Origin: an uncultured Chloroflexia bacterium
GTDB taxonomy: Bacteria; Chloroflexota; Limnocylindria; Limnocylindrales; CSP1-4
NCBI GenBank assembly: GCA_963776395.1
Contig: CAVZML010000005.1
Span: 612,254-676,253, forward strand
Direction: 5' to 3'
Length of the DNA stretch: 64,000 nt
Shown piece by piece: positions 1 through 11,958 of the stretch. The notes under the pieces are model-generated. The model had not been told where the DNA came from. It made no database searches and saw nothing but the letters and a program-made list of their open reading frames with translations. A program made the position numbers and the translations under genes. Numbering within the stretch: the stretch's first letter is position 1; the number at the start of each line of letters is the position of its first letter.

Positions 1-109
1 TCCTACTCCAGGAAGGTCTAGGAACCCCGCCACGCCCACGGTCGGGCGCCAGGGCCTGCGGGTGTCCGAAATGACGCCCGGGCGCTGGCCAGCGGTCGAG
101 CAGTGCGGA

Positions 110-547
110 TCAGCCAATTCGCTGGGCCAAGGCCACGATGATCCCTTCGGGTCCCCGCACATACGCCATGCGCCACATCTGCTCGTACTGACCGACGCCG
201 CCCACGAGGCGGTAGCCATCAGCGGCCAGCCGGTCGAGGATCGCATCGAGGTCCTCCACGTCGAACGCGACGTTGCGCAGCCCCAGCTCGGTGGACATGG
301 CGTTGGGCGAGCCAGGTTCATGGTCGGGCCGGATGAAGCTCGACAGCTCCAGCCTGGTTCCTCCGTCGGGCAGCAGCAGCGTGACGATCTCGGAACGGGA
401 GTTCGGGATGCCAATCACGGTGTCGACGAACTCGCCTTCCATGAACATCCTGCCCTCAACCTGGAGCCCCAACCCGACGAAGAATGCCGTCACGGCGTCG
501 AGGTCCGCGACCGTGATGCCGACGTGGTCGAAGCGAATGGGTGGCAC
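110..547 (-). CDS. VOC/glyoxalase-bleomycin resistance family protein
   Basis: 145-aa ORF; N-terminus MPPIRFDHVGITVADLDAVTAFF is typical of the glyoxalase/VOC fold; GTG start per ORF track. Confidence 0.75.
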   Translation of the reverse strand: MPPIRFDHVGITVADLDAVTAFFVGLGLQVEGRMFMEGEFVDTVIGIPNSRSEIVTLLLPDGGTRLELSSFIRPDHEPGSPNAMSTELGLRNVAFDVEDLDAILDRLAADGYRLVGGVGQYEQMWRMAYVRGPEGIIVALAQRIG

Positions 548-764
548 GGGCGCAACCTCCTGAGTCTGTCCGGCAGGTCAGCCTCACGTTGCCGCCGCCT
601 GCCCAGGTCCACGCGGGTGACCCTACAGGGTCGCCGGGGATGGCGGCGTCGGGTATCTCACCCTCTCGCCGGGAACCTCGGCCGCTCGACGCGTGTATAC
701 ACGTCGACGCGCGCAAGAGGCGAGGGGCCACCATGCAACATCAACGCGGCTCAGGACACTTCCG

Positions 765-2654
<1,890 letters not shown>

Positions 2655-2819
2655 CGCCATCATTGCGCGCGGCCCAGCGTGAAGGCCTGCAGAGTGCACA
2701 GGCGTATCGACACCCGAGCACCTCGGGGAGTGGTCGCGCGGGACAGGGCGAGTGCGACGGAGCCCGGCCGAAGCCGGGCTCCAATTCTCGTGGCGGGCCG
2801 AGGCGGGGACTACGCCCGA

Positions 2820-3557
2820 CTAGACGGCAGCCGCCGTCGTCACCGGGAGGGCTCCGTCGACGCCGACCGGTAGGGGGTGGATCGAAGTGTCGGCAACGGC
2901 CTTGAACCCCTTGAAGGTCAGGTACAGCCCGAGGAATGCCTCCCAGATGATCTCCGGGATAGTCATGATCCCTTGCACCGCGGAGCCCTTCGGGATGACA
3001 CCCAGGAGCACGGCGGCTCCGGAGGCGGCGAGAAGCGCACCTCCGACGACGCCGACCAGCGCCATGCGGCGCCCCACCAGGCCGGACTTGTACATCAGCC
3101 AGCCCAGGATCATCCCCGTCCCGATGCCGTCGGTGAAGCCGGGGCCGAGCAGGAACGTCCAGTCATGCATCGCGACGAGCGACTTGCCGATCGGGACGAG
3201 CGATGCCGCGTTCGCGCTCGCCGTCTCCACCCGCAGGGTCGTGATCGTCAGCAGGCTGAGCAGGCCGATCCCGATGAAGGCGCACTCGACGAGCCGCGCG
3301 GCGACGTAGCCGAGGGAGAGCGCCTCGTTCTGGCGCTTGAGGACCGGAAACAGGACGACGGCGCAGCCGATGTTGGTGAGGATGAGCATCAGCTCGAGGA
3401 ACGCCCCGACGAACACGCGGGTGTCGGGGCCGGGCCCGACGATGTAGGCGGGGTCACTCAGGATGGATCCGTAGGCGACGGCCCCGCCAATCGACGTGAT
3501 GAAGGTGAGGATGAACAGCACGCCGACAGCGAGCGCTGTCTTCCGCATCGAGTCCAT
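2820..3557 (-). CDS. DUF4386-like integral membrane protein
   Basis: Multi-TM hydrophobic ORF (MDSMRKTALAVGVLFILTFITSIGG...); family assignment recalled, not searched. Confidence 0.55.
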   Translation of the reverse strand: MDSMRKTALAVGVLFILTFITSIGGAVAYGSILSDPAYIVGPGPDTRVFVGAFLELMLILTNIGCAVVLFPVLKRQNEALSLGYVAARLVECAFIGIGLLSLLTITTLRVETASANAASLVPIGKSLVAMHDWTFLLGPGFTDGIGTGMILGWLMYKSGLVGRRMALVGVVGGALLAASGAAVLLGVIPKGSAVQGIMTIPEIIWEAFLGLYLTFKGFKAVADTSIHPLPVGVDGALPVTTAAAV

Positions 3558-3627
3558 CGGGACGCGTGTCGCCGGCGAGGGTCGAACGGTGTCAGGCATT
3601 GGGAAGTCCGGTTCGTTGGTGGGGCTG

Positions 3628-4200
3628 TCAGTTGCCGCTGATCGAGCCGACGATCACCGCGTCGGGGCCGAGGTTGATCAGCGTGACGAGCCCGTCAGCC
3701 GCGGCGGCCTCGATCGTGCCGGCCGACGTCAGCGACTGGCCGTTCACGGTCTTGGCGAAGGGAACGGTCCCGAAGCCCTCGATCGTGGTCATGGCCGGCA
3801 CGCAGCTGCCGGTGCCGATGCCAAGAGCACTGCAGAACACGAAGTAGCCCTGCAGGTGGACGCTGTAGGTGCCGTGGTTCTGGGTGGGGACGTCACGAAC
3901 GACATGGTCGTGCGGGAACGTGTTGGGCGGCGCGCCCTGCGGCGTGTCGCTCTGCGGCGCGACGACGTAGAACGCGTCGAGCACCTGCGGCGTCGCACCC
4001 CTGAAGCTCGTGTTCGAGAAGGTCATCCGGTGCTGGACCCCGCCCGCCCAGACGTTCTCGTAGCAGCCGACGCGACCGCTCTGAGCGACCGGCACGTCGG
4101 GGCAGTTCCGGAGCCCCGCGCCGAGGGCAGCGGGTGCGGCCGGCAGCAGGAGTGCCATCGCGGCGATGGCGATCGCTGCGATGCGGACGGGGGTCTTCAT
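3628..4200 (-). CDS. secreted hypothetical protein
   Basis: Internal Met followed by signal peptide MKTPVRIAAIAIAAMALLLPAAPAALGAG; Cys-containing mature region; no recognised domain. Confidence 0.5.
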   Translation of the reverse strand: MKTPVRIAAIAIAAMALLLPAAPAALGAGLRNCPDVPVAQSGRVGCYENVWAGGVQHRMTFSNTSFRGATPQVLDAFYVVAPQSDTPQGAPPNTFPHDHVVRDVPTQNHGTYSVHLQGYFVFCSALGIGTGSCVPAMTTIEGFGTVPFAKTVNGQSLTSAGTIEAAAADGLVTLINLGPDAVIVGSISGN

Positions 4201-4478
4201 CCGGGAACTGGTCAAACTCATCGTGTTGATCTCCGTGTTCGCGGAGCGGTCATGCTTGGAGCCTGGGCCGCATCCTCCGCTCCAGTGTTTGGGGCCGTTC
4301 GGCCCTCGCGCTGGTGGCACTCGTTCGCACAAGTGCCTGCGAGGTTGCGCCTCCGACGGGCGCGCGTCTGCCTGCTGGGCGACACTCGCGGTGGACGCAC
4401 GGGGCGCGACAATACGGTCTTCCACACGTTGGCCACGATCGCGACGGTGTTGCCGCAGCCAGAGGGGATTGCAGGCAG

Positions 4479-5236
4479 ATGTCGGTGTTGCTCCCAGCCC
4501 GGAACCGTCTCCTCGAAGCGCTGCGCGGAATAGATCCCGCCGCGGAGGCGCAGCTCCGCGCAGGCCTCGAGTCGGTGGAGCTGAAGGACCATGCCAGGGT
4601 GATGAGGCCGGACCGACCGATCCGGCACGTCTACTTCCCGGAGACTGGGGTCCTCTCGGTGCTCCAGCAGATGCGCAACGGCTCGGCCGTAGCGGTCAAC
4701 CTGGTCGGCAGCGACGGCATGGTGGGCCTGGGTGTCTACCTGGGTGCTCGCACCTTTCCAATGGAGGCGATCTGCCAGGCGCCCGGATGGTTCCTGCGCA
4801 TGGGCGCTGCGGACTTCCAGGCCGAGGTCGCCCGGAATCCGCCGCTCCTCACGGTCCTGCACGGGTATACGCAGGCCGTACTGGAGGTTCGCGGCCAGAT
4901 CATCGGCTGCGAGCGCTTCCACGACGTGGAGGCCCGAGCCGCTCGATGGCTCCTCGAGATGGACGACCGTGTTCCGGACCATGAGTTCGCGACGACCCAT
5001 GAGTTCCTGGCCTGATGCTCGGGGTGCGCCGCCAGACCGTGTCGGCGATGGCGTCCGACCTTGGCCAGCGGGGCTTGATCGTCAACCGCCGAGGCTACAT
5101 CGAGATCGTCGATCGGGCCGGACTCGAGGGCGCGGCCTGTGAGTGCTATGACTTCATCCGCGACGAGTACGCCCGCCTCGTCGGGCCGCCACTCCCACGG
5201 GCCCGCAAGGCACGGGCAGCCGCGAGGTCGCTCTAG
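4479..5236 (+). CDS. Crp/Fnr-family transcriptional regulator, apparent frameshift near 5010
   Basis: cNMP-binding-like N-terminal part ends ...THEFLA*; the C-terminal Crp HTH (MLGVRRQTVSAMASDLGQRGLIVNRRGYIEIVD) continues in another frame (ORF 5015..5236). Confidence 0.7.
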
Positions 5237-5358
5237 ACTGGCGCACCGGCGCGGACACGTGCCCTGAGATCCTGGCCGCGGATCGCGAGCTCCAGGTGCT
5301 ATTCCGGGGCGACGATCGGGTGCGACGCCTGATCGCCGGCCAGGTGAAGAAGCCCTTT

Positions 5359-6375
5359 TCAGACTTCCTGGTGGGACTGCCGCTTGGCAGCCTCGATGAA
5401 CGCCAGGATGTTCTCCAACGGAACATCGCCGGGCACCGCGTGCGCCGGGGCCAGGACGTAGCCGCCCGCGGCGCCGAGCTCCAGCAGGTGCTCAGTCGCA
5501 ACCCGGACCTCGTCTTCCGAGCCGAACGGCAGCGTTCGCTGCGTGGAAAGCCCACCGAGGAAGGCAAGCCGTCCACGGTACTGCGGCAGGAGGACGTCGA
5601 TGTCCATCACCTCGGGCTGAAACGGGTTGGTGCAGTTGAGCCCGAGTTCGATCAGGTCGTCGAACAGCTCGTCCACGTCGCCGCACGAGTGGTTCATCAC
5701 CAGCTTGCCAGCCGATCGGACGGCTCCGTACATCCGGGCGAGCGGTGGCCGGATGAACTCGTCCCAGATCGGCCGGCCCATCAGGAGGCCATGCTGTTGA
5801 CCCCAGTCGTCGCCGAAGTAGACGCAGTCGATGTCGTAACGGAGGGCTTCCGCCACCTGGGCGATGTTGAAATCGGCGAGCTCTGCGAGCAGGTCACGCA
5901 CGAATCCGGGGTGGTCGTAGAAGTCCATCATCAGGTTCTCGAGGCCACGCATCGACCAGGCCCGCTCGAACAGCGAGAAGCTCGCGGAGAAGACCCGGAA
6001 CCGATCGCCCACGCTTGCCATCTGCGAGTCCCAGCCGATGTAGAACCGCGGGTCGAGCGGATCGGGAAGGGTCAGGTCGCGGAGCGTGGGTTCTGGGAGC
6101 ACCAGGCCGACAGGGAACCCGATGTCCGCGTCCATCGTTCGATCCCAGGTGACCCCGAAGATGTCGCGCACTTGCCCGCCACCGAGGTCCGTGAAGGACC
6201 CGGTCGAACGACGGAGCATCAGCATGTGGTTGCCCACCGCGGCCTCGAGGTCGCACGGTCCGAGATGGTCGAGCAGCTTCGCCCGGGCGCCCGCGGTGAA
6301 GGCGAATTGCCACGGGACATAGGGCGGCCGTCCGCCCTCGAACACAGTGCGAACGACCTCGCGCCGGTTCATCAT
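5359..6375 (-). CDS. uroporphyrinogen-decarboxylase (URO-D) family methyltransferase-like protein (MtaA/CmuA-like), paralog 1
   Basis: URO-D fold-length ORF with no HemE N-terminal signature; immediately downstream of the corrinoid protein gene on the same strand. Confidence 0.7.
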   Translation of the reverse strand: MMNRREVVRTVFEGGRPPYVPWQFAFTAGARAKLLDHLGPCDLEAAVGNHMLMLRRSTGSFTDLGGGQVRDIFGVTWDRTMDADIGFPVGLVLPEPTLRDLTLPDPLDPRFYIGWDSQMASVGDRFRVFSASFSLFERAWSMRGLENLMMDFYDHPGFVRDLLAELADFNIAQVAEALRYDIDCVYFGDDWGQQHGLLMGRPIWDEFIRPPLARMYGAVRSAGKLVMNHSCGDVDELFDDLIELGLNCTNPFQPEVMDIDVLLPQYRGRLAFLGGLSTQRTLPFGSEDEVRVATEHLLELGAAGGYVLAPAHAVPGDVPLENILAFIEAAKRQSHQEV

Positions 6376-6412
6376 GCGGTCGCTCGCCAGCACGCCCGGC
6401 GACGTCCGGTGC

Positions 6413-7042
6413 TCACTCCGCGAGCAGCCGCTTGACGACATCCACCGCCGTCGCGGCGTCGGATGCGTAGCCGTGGGCACCGATCGAGGTTGCGTACTCG
6501 GCGGTCACCGGGGCGCCGCCGACGACGACCTTCACGTCCTCCAACCCCGCCTCACTCATGGCGGCCACCACGTCGGCCATGCCGACCATCGTCGTCGTGA
6601 GCAGCGCGCTCACGCCCACGACCGACGCGCCCTCGTCGCGTGCCACCTGTGCGAACCGTTCCGCCGGGACGTTCGTCCCCAGGTCGACGACGCGCAGATT
6701 GGCGCCCTTCCACAGCATCGCGACGAGGTTCTTGCCGATGTCGTGCAGGTCGCCCTTCACGGTACCGATCACCGCCGTGTGCTCCGGTGTCGCGCCCGCC
6801 GCAACGAGCAGCGGCTCGAGCAGGGCTGTCGCCTCCTTCATCGCCCGCGCGCTGATGAGCATCTCGGGCACGAAGATCTCGTTCTGCTGAAACCTCTTGC
6901 CGACCGTCGCCATCGCCGCACTCATCGCGTCGAGGATGTCGCCGGGTCCGACGCCGTCATCGATCGCCGCCTGCGCCGCCGCGACGGAGGCTACCCGGTT
7001 GCCTGCTTCGACCGCGTCGGTCAGCGTGGTGAGGTCCGCCAT
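6413..7042 (-). CDS. cobalamin (B12)-binding corrinoid protein (MtaC/MtbC-like)
   Basis: DxHxxG B12 motif (GDLHDIGKN); N-terminal helical cap plus Rossmann B12-binding domain; 209 aa. Confidence 0.8.
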   Translation of the reverse strand: MADLTTLTDAVEAGNRVASVAAAQAAIDDGVGPGDILDAMSAAMATVGKRFQQNEIFVPEMLISARAMKEATALLEPLLVAAGATPEHTAVIGTVKGDLHDIGKNLVAMLWKGANLRVVDLGTNVPAERFAQVARDEGASVVGVSALLTTTMVGMADVVAAMSEAGLEDVKVVVGGAPVTAEYATSIGAHGYASDAATAVDVVKRLLAE

Positions 7043-7084
7043 CGGTGCACTCCTGTCGTGGCGCCGCAGCCGCGGCGCTGCTGG

Positions 7085-8239
7085 TCAATCTCGAACGAGA
7101 CCGAGCTGGGCCCTGATGGCAAGGTTCGACGCCTGCCCAACCTGGACGGGATCGCGTGCCAGGGCCACCGTTCGTCCCCGGACCGTCGCCGTGGTCGCCG
7201 ACGGGAAGATCGTGATGATCGTGCCCTTGCGGCCCAGGCCGGCAATGAGCTCCGAGAAGTAGCCTTCGATGTCGACGGGGGCGAAGTCGTCGACCGTGAA
7301 CACGACCCGATCCGCGAATACCTGCTGCGCCCGGTAGACCTGTGCGAAGTCCCCCATGCACCAGTTGTTGACACCGTGCAGGCCGTCCGTGGCGAGGTAG
7401 TTCTCGAGCTGGTGGGTCGCGCTCCCGCAGTAGTGGAGGGTGCCCCCGCCGAATGCCCGGAAGACGCGGGAGTTGTAGGGGACCACGAACTCGCGGTACA
7501 GCGCGGGGGAGACGATCGTGCTGTCATCGTCGCTGATCCAGACGCCGCCATAGCCGCTGGGCAGCTTGACGAAGTGCGGAAACGCGCCCGAATCAGTGGG
7601 CTGTCCCGCGTGCTCCTTCTGCACGCGGACCCAGTCGATGAGCACGGTGGTGCAGAAGTCCATCAGCTCGTGCACGACGGTCGGGTAGTCGTACATCCAG
7701 AGCATGATCGCCTCGACGCCGACGAGGTTGAGCGCGAGGTTGAAGGGGCCCTGATTGTCCGTGAACGACACTGGCAGGTCGCTGTTGGCGTGCATGTAGT
7801 CGATGCACCGGAGCACCCGGGGCATCAGGCCGTCGCGGTAAGGGTCCGGCGGAATGAGCCGGCTCACCTGCGCCGGGTCGGTGAGGATGGGCCCCTCGAC
7901 CGCCGGCTCCTCCTTGGGCTGGAACAGCACCGAGCAGCCGAGCGCGGACGGCACGACGCCGGTCCCGTACCAGGGCAACAGGAACGGGATGTACTCGTCG
8001 TCGTACAGGGCGAGATGATCCTCGATCTTCCCGACCTGGCGCTCGAGCTGCGACTCGAACGCGCCTTCGAGGAAGTAGTCGTCGGGCATGGTGTCCGGGT
8101 GCTCGCCGGTCAGGGAGTAGTTCGCGTCCTGGATCACGATCGGTGGGCGATCGGTGGCCGCATGCCGATACGCGTCCTCGATGCGCGCGCTCGCCCGCTC
8201 GAATCGGAGCCTGTTCGCCTCTGTCATCAGGGTACGCAT
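7085..8239 (-). CDS. URO-D family methyltransferase-like protein, paralog 2
   Basis: 384-aa ORF with the URO-D family pattern; adjacent upstream of the corrinoid protein. Confidence 0.65.
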   Translation of the reverse strand: MRTLMTEANRLRFERASARIEDAYRHAATDRPPIVIQDANYSLTGEHPDTMPDDYFLEGAFESQLERQVGKIEDHLALYDDEYIPFLLPWYGTGVVPSALGCSVLFQPKEEPAVEGPILTDPAQVSRLIPPDPYRDGLMPRVLRCIDYMHANSDLPVSFTDNQGPFNLALNLVGVEAIMLWMYDYPTVVHELMDFCTTVLIDWVRVQKEHAGQPTDSGAFPHFVKLPSGYGGVWISDDDSTIVSPALYREFVVPYNSRVFRAFGGGTLHYCGSATHQLENYLATDGLHGVNNWCMGDFAQVYRAQQVFADRVVFTVDDFAPVDIEGYFSELIAGLGRKGTIITIFPSATTATVRGRTVALARDPVQVGQASNLAIRAQLGLVRD

Positions 8240-8282
8240 CGGTCACCTCGGGAGCTCGGCACGGGGTTCGTGGCCATGGGAG

Positions 8283-9659
8283 TCAGAAGCTCCCCGGCGT
8301 CATGCCGTTGAGGGTCTGCGGGGTCTCGAACAGGATTGCGCGGGCAATGCCGAGAGCCTCGTCGACCGTGTACTGGCCCTGTGCGACCTTGCCGGCCAGG
8401 ACCTCGGCGAGCTGGCGCCGGACGATCACCGCCTTCGCATACGACCACTCGACGCAATAGGCGTCGCTGAAGAACCCGACCTGGCGGTTGAGCGCGACCA
8501 TGTCCAGCCGGTCCCGTATCACCTTGCGCACGATGCCCGGGAACAGGTTGTGCCACCAGAAGCCGGCGAGCGACAGGTTCGGCAGCTCGCGCACGAGCGT
8601 GCAGAGCGCCTGGTTCGCGTGCTCCGAGGCGAGGAACGCCTGGAACGCGATGCCGGGGTGGCGGGCCGCGAGATCGGCGAGGTCGAAGATCGTCTCCTGG
8701 CGGAGCTTGCTGCCGGTCTCGAACGGCAGCGGCTCAGCCCCGATCGAGAACTGGAACAGGATCCGATGGTTGCCGCTCTCGAGCGTCCGGAGGAAGGCCT
8801 CGAGGACGAAGCTCGCGTAGACGTCGCGATCCGCGAGGCTCGGGTGGTCGCGGTGGGCGAGCGCTGCCGCCATGTCGGCCTCGGTGACCGGCCTCAGCGT
8901 CAGGTCGGTCGAGATGTGCTGCGCGGTGCTCAAGACCCGGTCGTATGGGATCGCCGCGACGTAGTGCTCCATGGCCTCGTACACATCCTCGACGGTCCTG
9001 ATGGGCCGTTCCACCGGCGGTCGCCGGCCGCCGAGGGTCACCGGCAGAGGCGCCACCGGGTAGTCCTGCGTTCTCGTCCGTTCCAGCTCATACAGGACGA
9101 TGTCGTTCATGCCCGTCTGGGCACGCGCGAAGAACGCCCATTCGAGCGCGTACTGGAGGACGTCATCGGCTGAGCCGTCCCGGCCGCGCCAGAGCTCCGT
9201 GCACGACCTCCGGATGCCGGTCCTGCGCAGGATCTCACGAGCCCAGGCTGCGTCTCCGCTTCGCTCGCGGATCGCGCCGTCGACATGCCACCAGCCGGCC
9301 TCGTCCGTTGGCGGCTCGATGCCGTACAGGTCGCGAAGGATGAGCCGGACCCCCCAATACCCGCTCGTGTTCCGGATCGCGGGTACGAACGGCAGGGCCT
9401 CGGCGATCCGGGCGTTCGCCTCCTCGCGGGTTGGATCCTCGGACAACCGCGCCCGCGAGGGGCATCCGGCGCTGCCCAGGTCGGAGACCACCATGTGGTA
9501 CAGAAGCACGTCGTCCAGGCCCCGGGCCACCAGGTGGGCGGCATCGACATGCGTGTGCGCGTCAAGCAGGGGGATCTCGGCCAGGCCGTCCGCCAGTGTC
9601 CGGGTGAGGCGCGCCGTATCCACGAGTTCGTCCTCCAGGCTCGAGCTGTGCCCGATCAT
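8283..9659 (-). CDS. glucuronate (uronate) isomerase-like amidohydrolase-superfamily protein (UxaC-like, distant)
   Basis: Start at MIGHSSS (ATGA overlap with the upstream kinase); N-terminal LLDAHTHV resembles the UxaC PIFDYHCHL region; C-terminal FWWHN...SYAKAV resembles UxaC GWWFND...SYTRHE; the long N-terminal extension in the ORF track is spurious. Confidence 0.55.
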   Translation of the reverse strand: MIGHSSSLEDELVDTARLTRTLADGLAEIPLLDAHTHVDAAHLVARGLDDVLLYHMVVSDLGSAGCPSRARLSEDPTREEANARIAEALPFVPAIRNTSGYWGVRLILRDLYGIEPPTDEAGWWHVDGAIRERSGDAAWAREILRRTGIRRSCTELWRGRDGSADDVLQYALEWAFFARAQTGMNDIVLYELERTRTQDYPVAPLPVTLGGRRPPVERPIRTVEDVYEAMEHYVAAIPYDRVLSTAQHISTDLTLRPVTEADMAAALAHRDHPSLADRDVYASFVLEAFLRTLESGNHRILFQFSIGAEPLPFETGSKLRQETIFDLADLAARHPGIAFQAFLASEHANQALCTLVRELPNLSLAGFWWHNLFPGIVRKVIRDRLDMVALNRQVGFFSDAYCVEWSYAKAVIVRRQLAEVLAGKVAQGQYTVDEALGIARAILFETPQTLNGMTPGSF

Positions 9660-10597
9660 CGGTCGGTGGCCACGCGGAGCGTCGCATCGCGGAGGTGCCG
9701 TTCGACCGTGGCCCGGTCGGGGATGCCGCGGCGTCCACCTGGCGTCGTCGCCTTGATCGAGGCCGCGATGGTGGCCACCTCGATCGCATCGGTCACGTCG
9801 CCGCCGCGCGCGATCGTCGCTGCGTAGGCGCCGTGGAAGACGTCGCCACAGCCGTTGGTGTCGACCGCCACCACGCTCGGCGCCGGATGGTGGATGACGC
9901 TGTCGGGCGCCGCACCGACGATGTACCAGGCGCCCTCGGCACCGGCCGTCACGACGCAGGATGCGTGACCCGGTCGCCACAGCGCCCGGACGATGTCCGC
10001 GGGATGGAGCCTTCGGGTGACCGCGGCACCGAAGGAAAGCCCGACGATGAGATGGTCGATCTCGGGGATCAGCTCCACGACGCCGGCAGACACGGCATCC
10101 TCGAGATCCGCGACCACCGGCACGCCGGCCTCGCGGGCGAGCTCCACTGCGTGGCGGGCCACGACCGGCATCGTGCTGTCGACGAGGAGGACCCGACATG
10201 CGCCGACGTCGGAGGAGGTGACGTCGGCGCAATCGGGCTCGACCACGCCGTCGAGGTCGTAGAGGAGCGTCCTCTGGCCCGTCCGGCGGTCCACGATGAT
10301 CAGGGAGTGGATTGGCCTTGCCCCGTCGCGCCGCGTGATGCGCGAGCAATCCACCCCGGCGCGCTCGAGCTCCGCGAGGGTGTACCGCGACAGCTCGTCG
10401 TCGCCCAGCACGCCCAGCCAGGCTGCACTGCCACCGAGCCGTGTGACCGTCACGAGCGCGGTCGCGACGAGCCCGCCGCCCTCACGCCGGCGCTCGAGGA
10501 TCCGTGACTTGGTGTCGGGCTCCGGGTAGTCGTCGACGTACACGAGGTCATCGACGGCGACGGCTCCGAGACCCAGGACGTCCCAGCGCGGAGTCAT
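9656..10597 (-). CDS. PfkB-family carbohydrate kinase (ribokinase/KDG-kinase-like)
   Basis: PfkB signature DTNGCGDVFHGAYA; 313 aa; 4-nt overlaps with both flanking genes. Confidence 0.8.
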   Translation of the reverse strand: MTPRWDVLGLGAVAVDDLVYVDDYPEPDTKSRILERRREGGGLVATALVTVTRLGGSAAWLGVLGDDELSRYTLAELERAGVDCSRITRRDGARPIHSLIIVDRRTGQRTLLYDLDGVVEPDCADVTSSDVGACRVLLVDSTMPVVARHAVELAREAGVPVVADLEDAVSAGVVELIPEIDHLIVGLSFGAAVTRRLHPADIVRALWRPGHASCVVTAGAEGAWYIVGAAPDSVIHHPAPSVVAVDTNGCGDVFHGAYAATIARGGDVTDAIEVATIAASIKATTPGGRRGIPDRATVERHLRDATLRVATDR

Positions 10598-11658
10598 CCC
10601 GTCGTCGACACGAGAGACCCGTCTGGCGCATACGCGCCGTACCGACGGGCGCTCTCGACGAGGGCATGCACGTTGTCATCCGGAGTGTCCAGGGACAGGG
10701 CGCAGCCGGGTCCGAGGATGAACTCGCCGCCCGGCCCGAGGATCTCGATCGCCTCGCGCGCGGCCAGCTCGACGTCCGCCGGTCGGCCGCCCCACAGGGT
10801 CACAGGGTTGACCGGCCCGAGGAAGGTCGCGCGCCCCCGCAACGCTTCCTTCGCCACGCGCATGTCGGTCTTGTAATCCAGCTCGAGCATCTGGGCGCCG
10901 GTCGCCACCATGTCCGCCAGGATCAGCGTCGAGTCGCCACAGATGTGCAGGGAGTAGGGGAAGGTCGGGCTGCCAACCGCCTGGATGACCTCACGGGCAT
11001 AGGGGTGGCAGAACGTCCGATGGAGCCTGGGGCCGATGAGGTCCACGCCCACGCCGCCCATGGACGTCCCGTGGGCACCCGCCTCCCGCAGCGCCTCCGC
11101 GTAGGACTTCTGCACCCGGGTGCAGAAGTCGAGGGTCAGGCGCACGAGCTCGGGCTGCTCGTCGAGCTGCAGGTCCAGGATGAACTGCTCATAACCGCGA
11201 AGGGCCCCGTAGAGGGCCGCCGGCCCCTGGTCGGCGCGGCCCATGATGAACACCTGGTCGCCGACCTCGCGGGCGAGGATCCGGACGGCCTTGATGACCT
11301 CGGACATCGGGAACGTCGTGACCGGGTCCGGAACCTCGAGGTCCAGGACCCCCTCCAGACCGTCGGCGAGGATGTGCGTGATGAGATCGGGCGGCTGGTC
11401 GGGCCTGTACTCCGCCTCGCAGCCACACGCCTGCGCCTCGGCGATCACGCCGTTCTCCACCAGCAGGACGTCGTGCCCGAAGTCGCGCCAGTACCGGAGC
11501 TGGGACTCGGCGATCAGCTCGCCGCTCTGGAGGGCCGCATCGAGCGGCAGGCCGGCATGGCGGACGGCGGGGAGGAAGTTGTGGAGATCCACCGGCACCC
11601 GGTCCGGGATCCTGTGATCGACCGTCGCCAGCACCCGCTCCAGCGATGTCATCGACAT
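10594..11658 (-). CDS. URO-D family methyltransferase-like protein, paralog 3
   Basis: 354-aa URO-D family ORF; first gene of the minus-strand operon. Confidence 0.65.
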   Translation of the reverse strand: MSMTSLERVLATVDHRIPDRVPVDLHNFLPAVRHAGLPLDAALQSGELIAESQLRYWRDFGHDVLLVENGVIAEAQACGCEAEYRPDQPPDLITHILADGLEGVLDLEVPDPVTTFPMSEVIKAVRILAREVGDQVFIMGRADQGPAALYGALRGYEQFILDLQLDEQPELVRLTLDFCTRVQKSYAEALREAGAHGTSMGGVGVDLIGPRLHRTFCHPYAREVIQAVGSPTFPYSLHICGDSTLILADMVATGAQMLELDYKTDMRVAKEALRGRATFLGPVNPVTLWGGRPADVELAAREAIEILGPGGEFILGPGCALSLDTPDDNVHALVESARRYGAYAPDGSLVSTTG

Positions 11659-11958
11659 CGCGGCTCTTCTGCTCGGGCGATCATGTCGGTCCCTCCCGGC
11701 CCGCGAGCGTGGCGGGCAGACGCGCCGCCCGTGCGCCGGACGACGAAGTCGATTGGCGTCGGAACAGCCGGTGCCAGGTCTTCGGACGAGGGGCGTGTCG
11801 TCGCCGCGAGCCTGCAGTCGGCCTGCCGTACGTCGTGCAATCGTATGCGCGATGTCGTATCGTTGTCAACGCCCGCCGATGCGTCCGGGCGGCGGCCGGA
11901 TCGGGCCGCGTGCGGATGGTCGCTGATCCCGCGGGTCAGTCACGAGGAGCCGGTCGCC

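Noticed and set aside
6347-8311. 654-aa plus-strand ORF
   Set aside because: It is antisense to the corrinoid protein and two URO-D genes. This is the typical long spurious ORF of high-GC DNA.
8154-9173. 339-aa plus-strand ORF
   Set aside because: It is antisense to the UxaC-like gene and has no motif.
8283-10349. 688-aa version of the UxaC-like ORF
   Set aside because: The first 230 codons are Arg/Gly-rich and overlap the PfkB gene in another frame. The true start is the ATG at 9659, which forms an ATGA junction.
5359-11658. Interpretation of the URO-D-family genes as haem-biosynthetic uroporphyrinogen decarboxylase (hemE)
   Set aside because: There are four paralogs, none with the HemE N-terminal PxWxMRQAGR-type signature. 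One is adjacent to a DxHxxG corrinoid protein, which points to MtaA/CmuA-type methyltransferases.
10504-11958. N-terminal 485 codons of the 790-aa plus ORF
   Set aside because: This part is antisense to the URO-D3 gene. Only the distal DapA-like portion (from 11959) looks like real protein.
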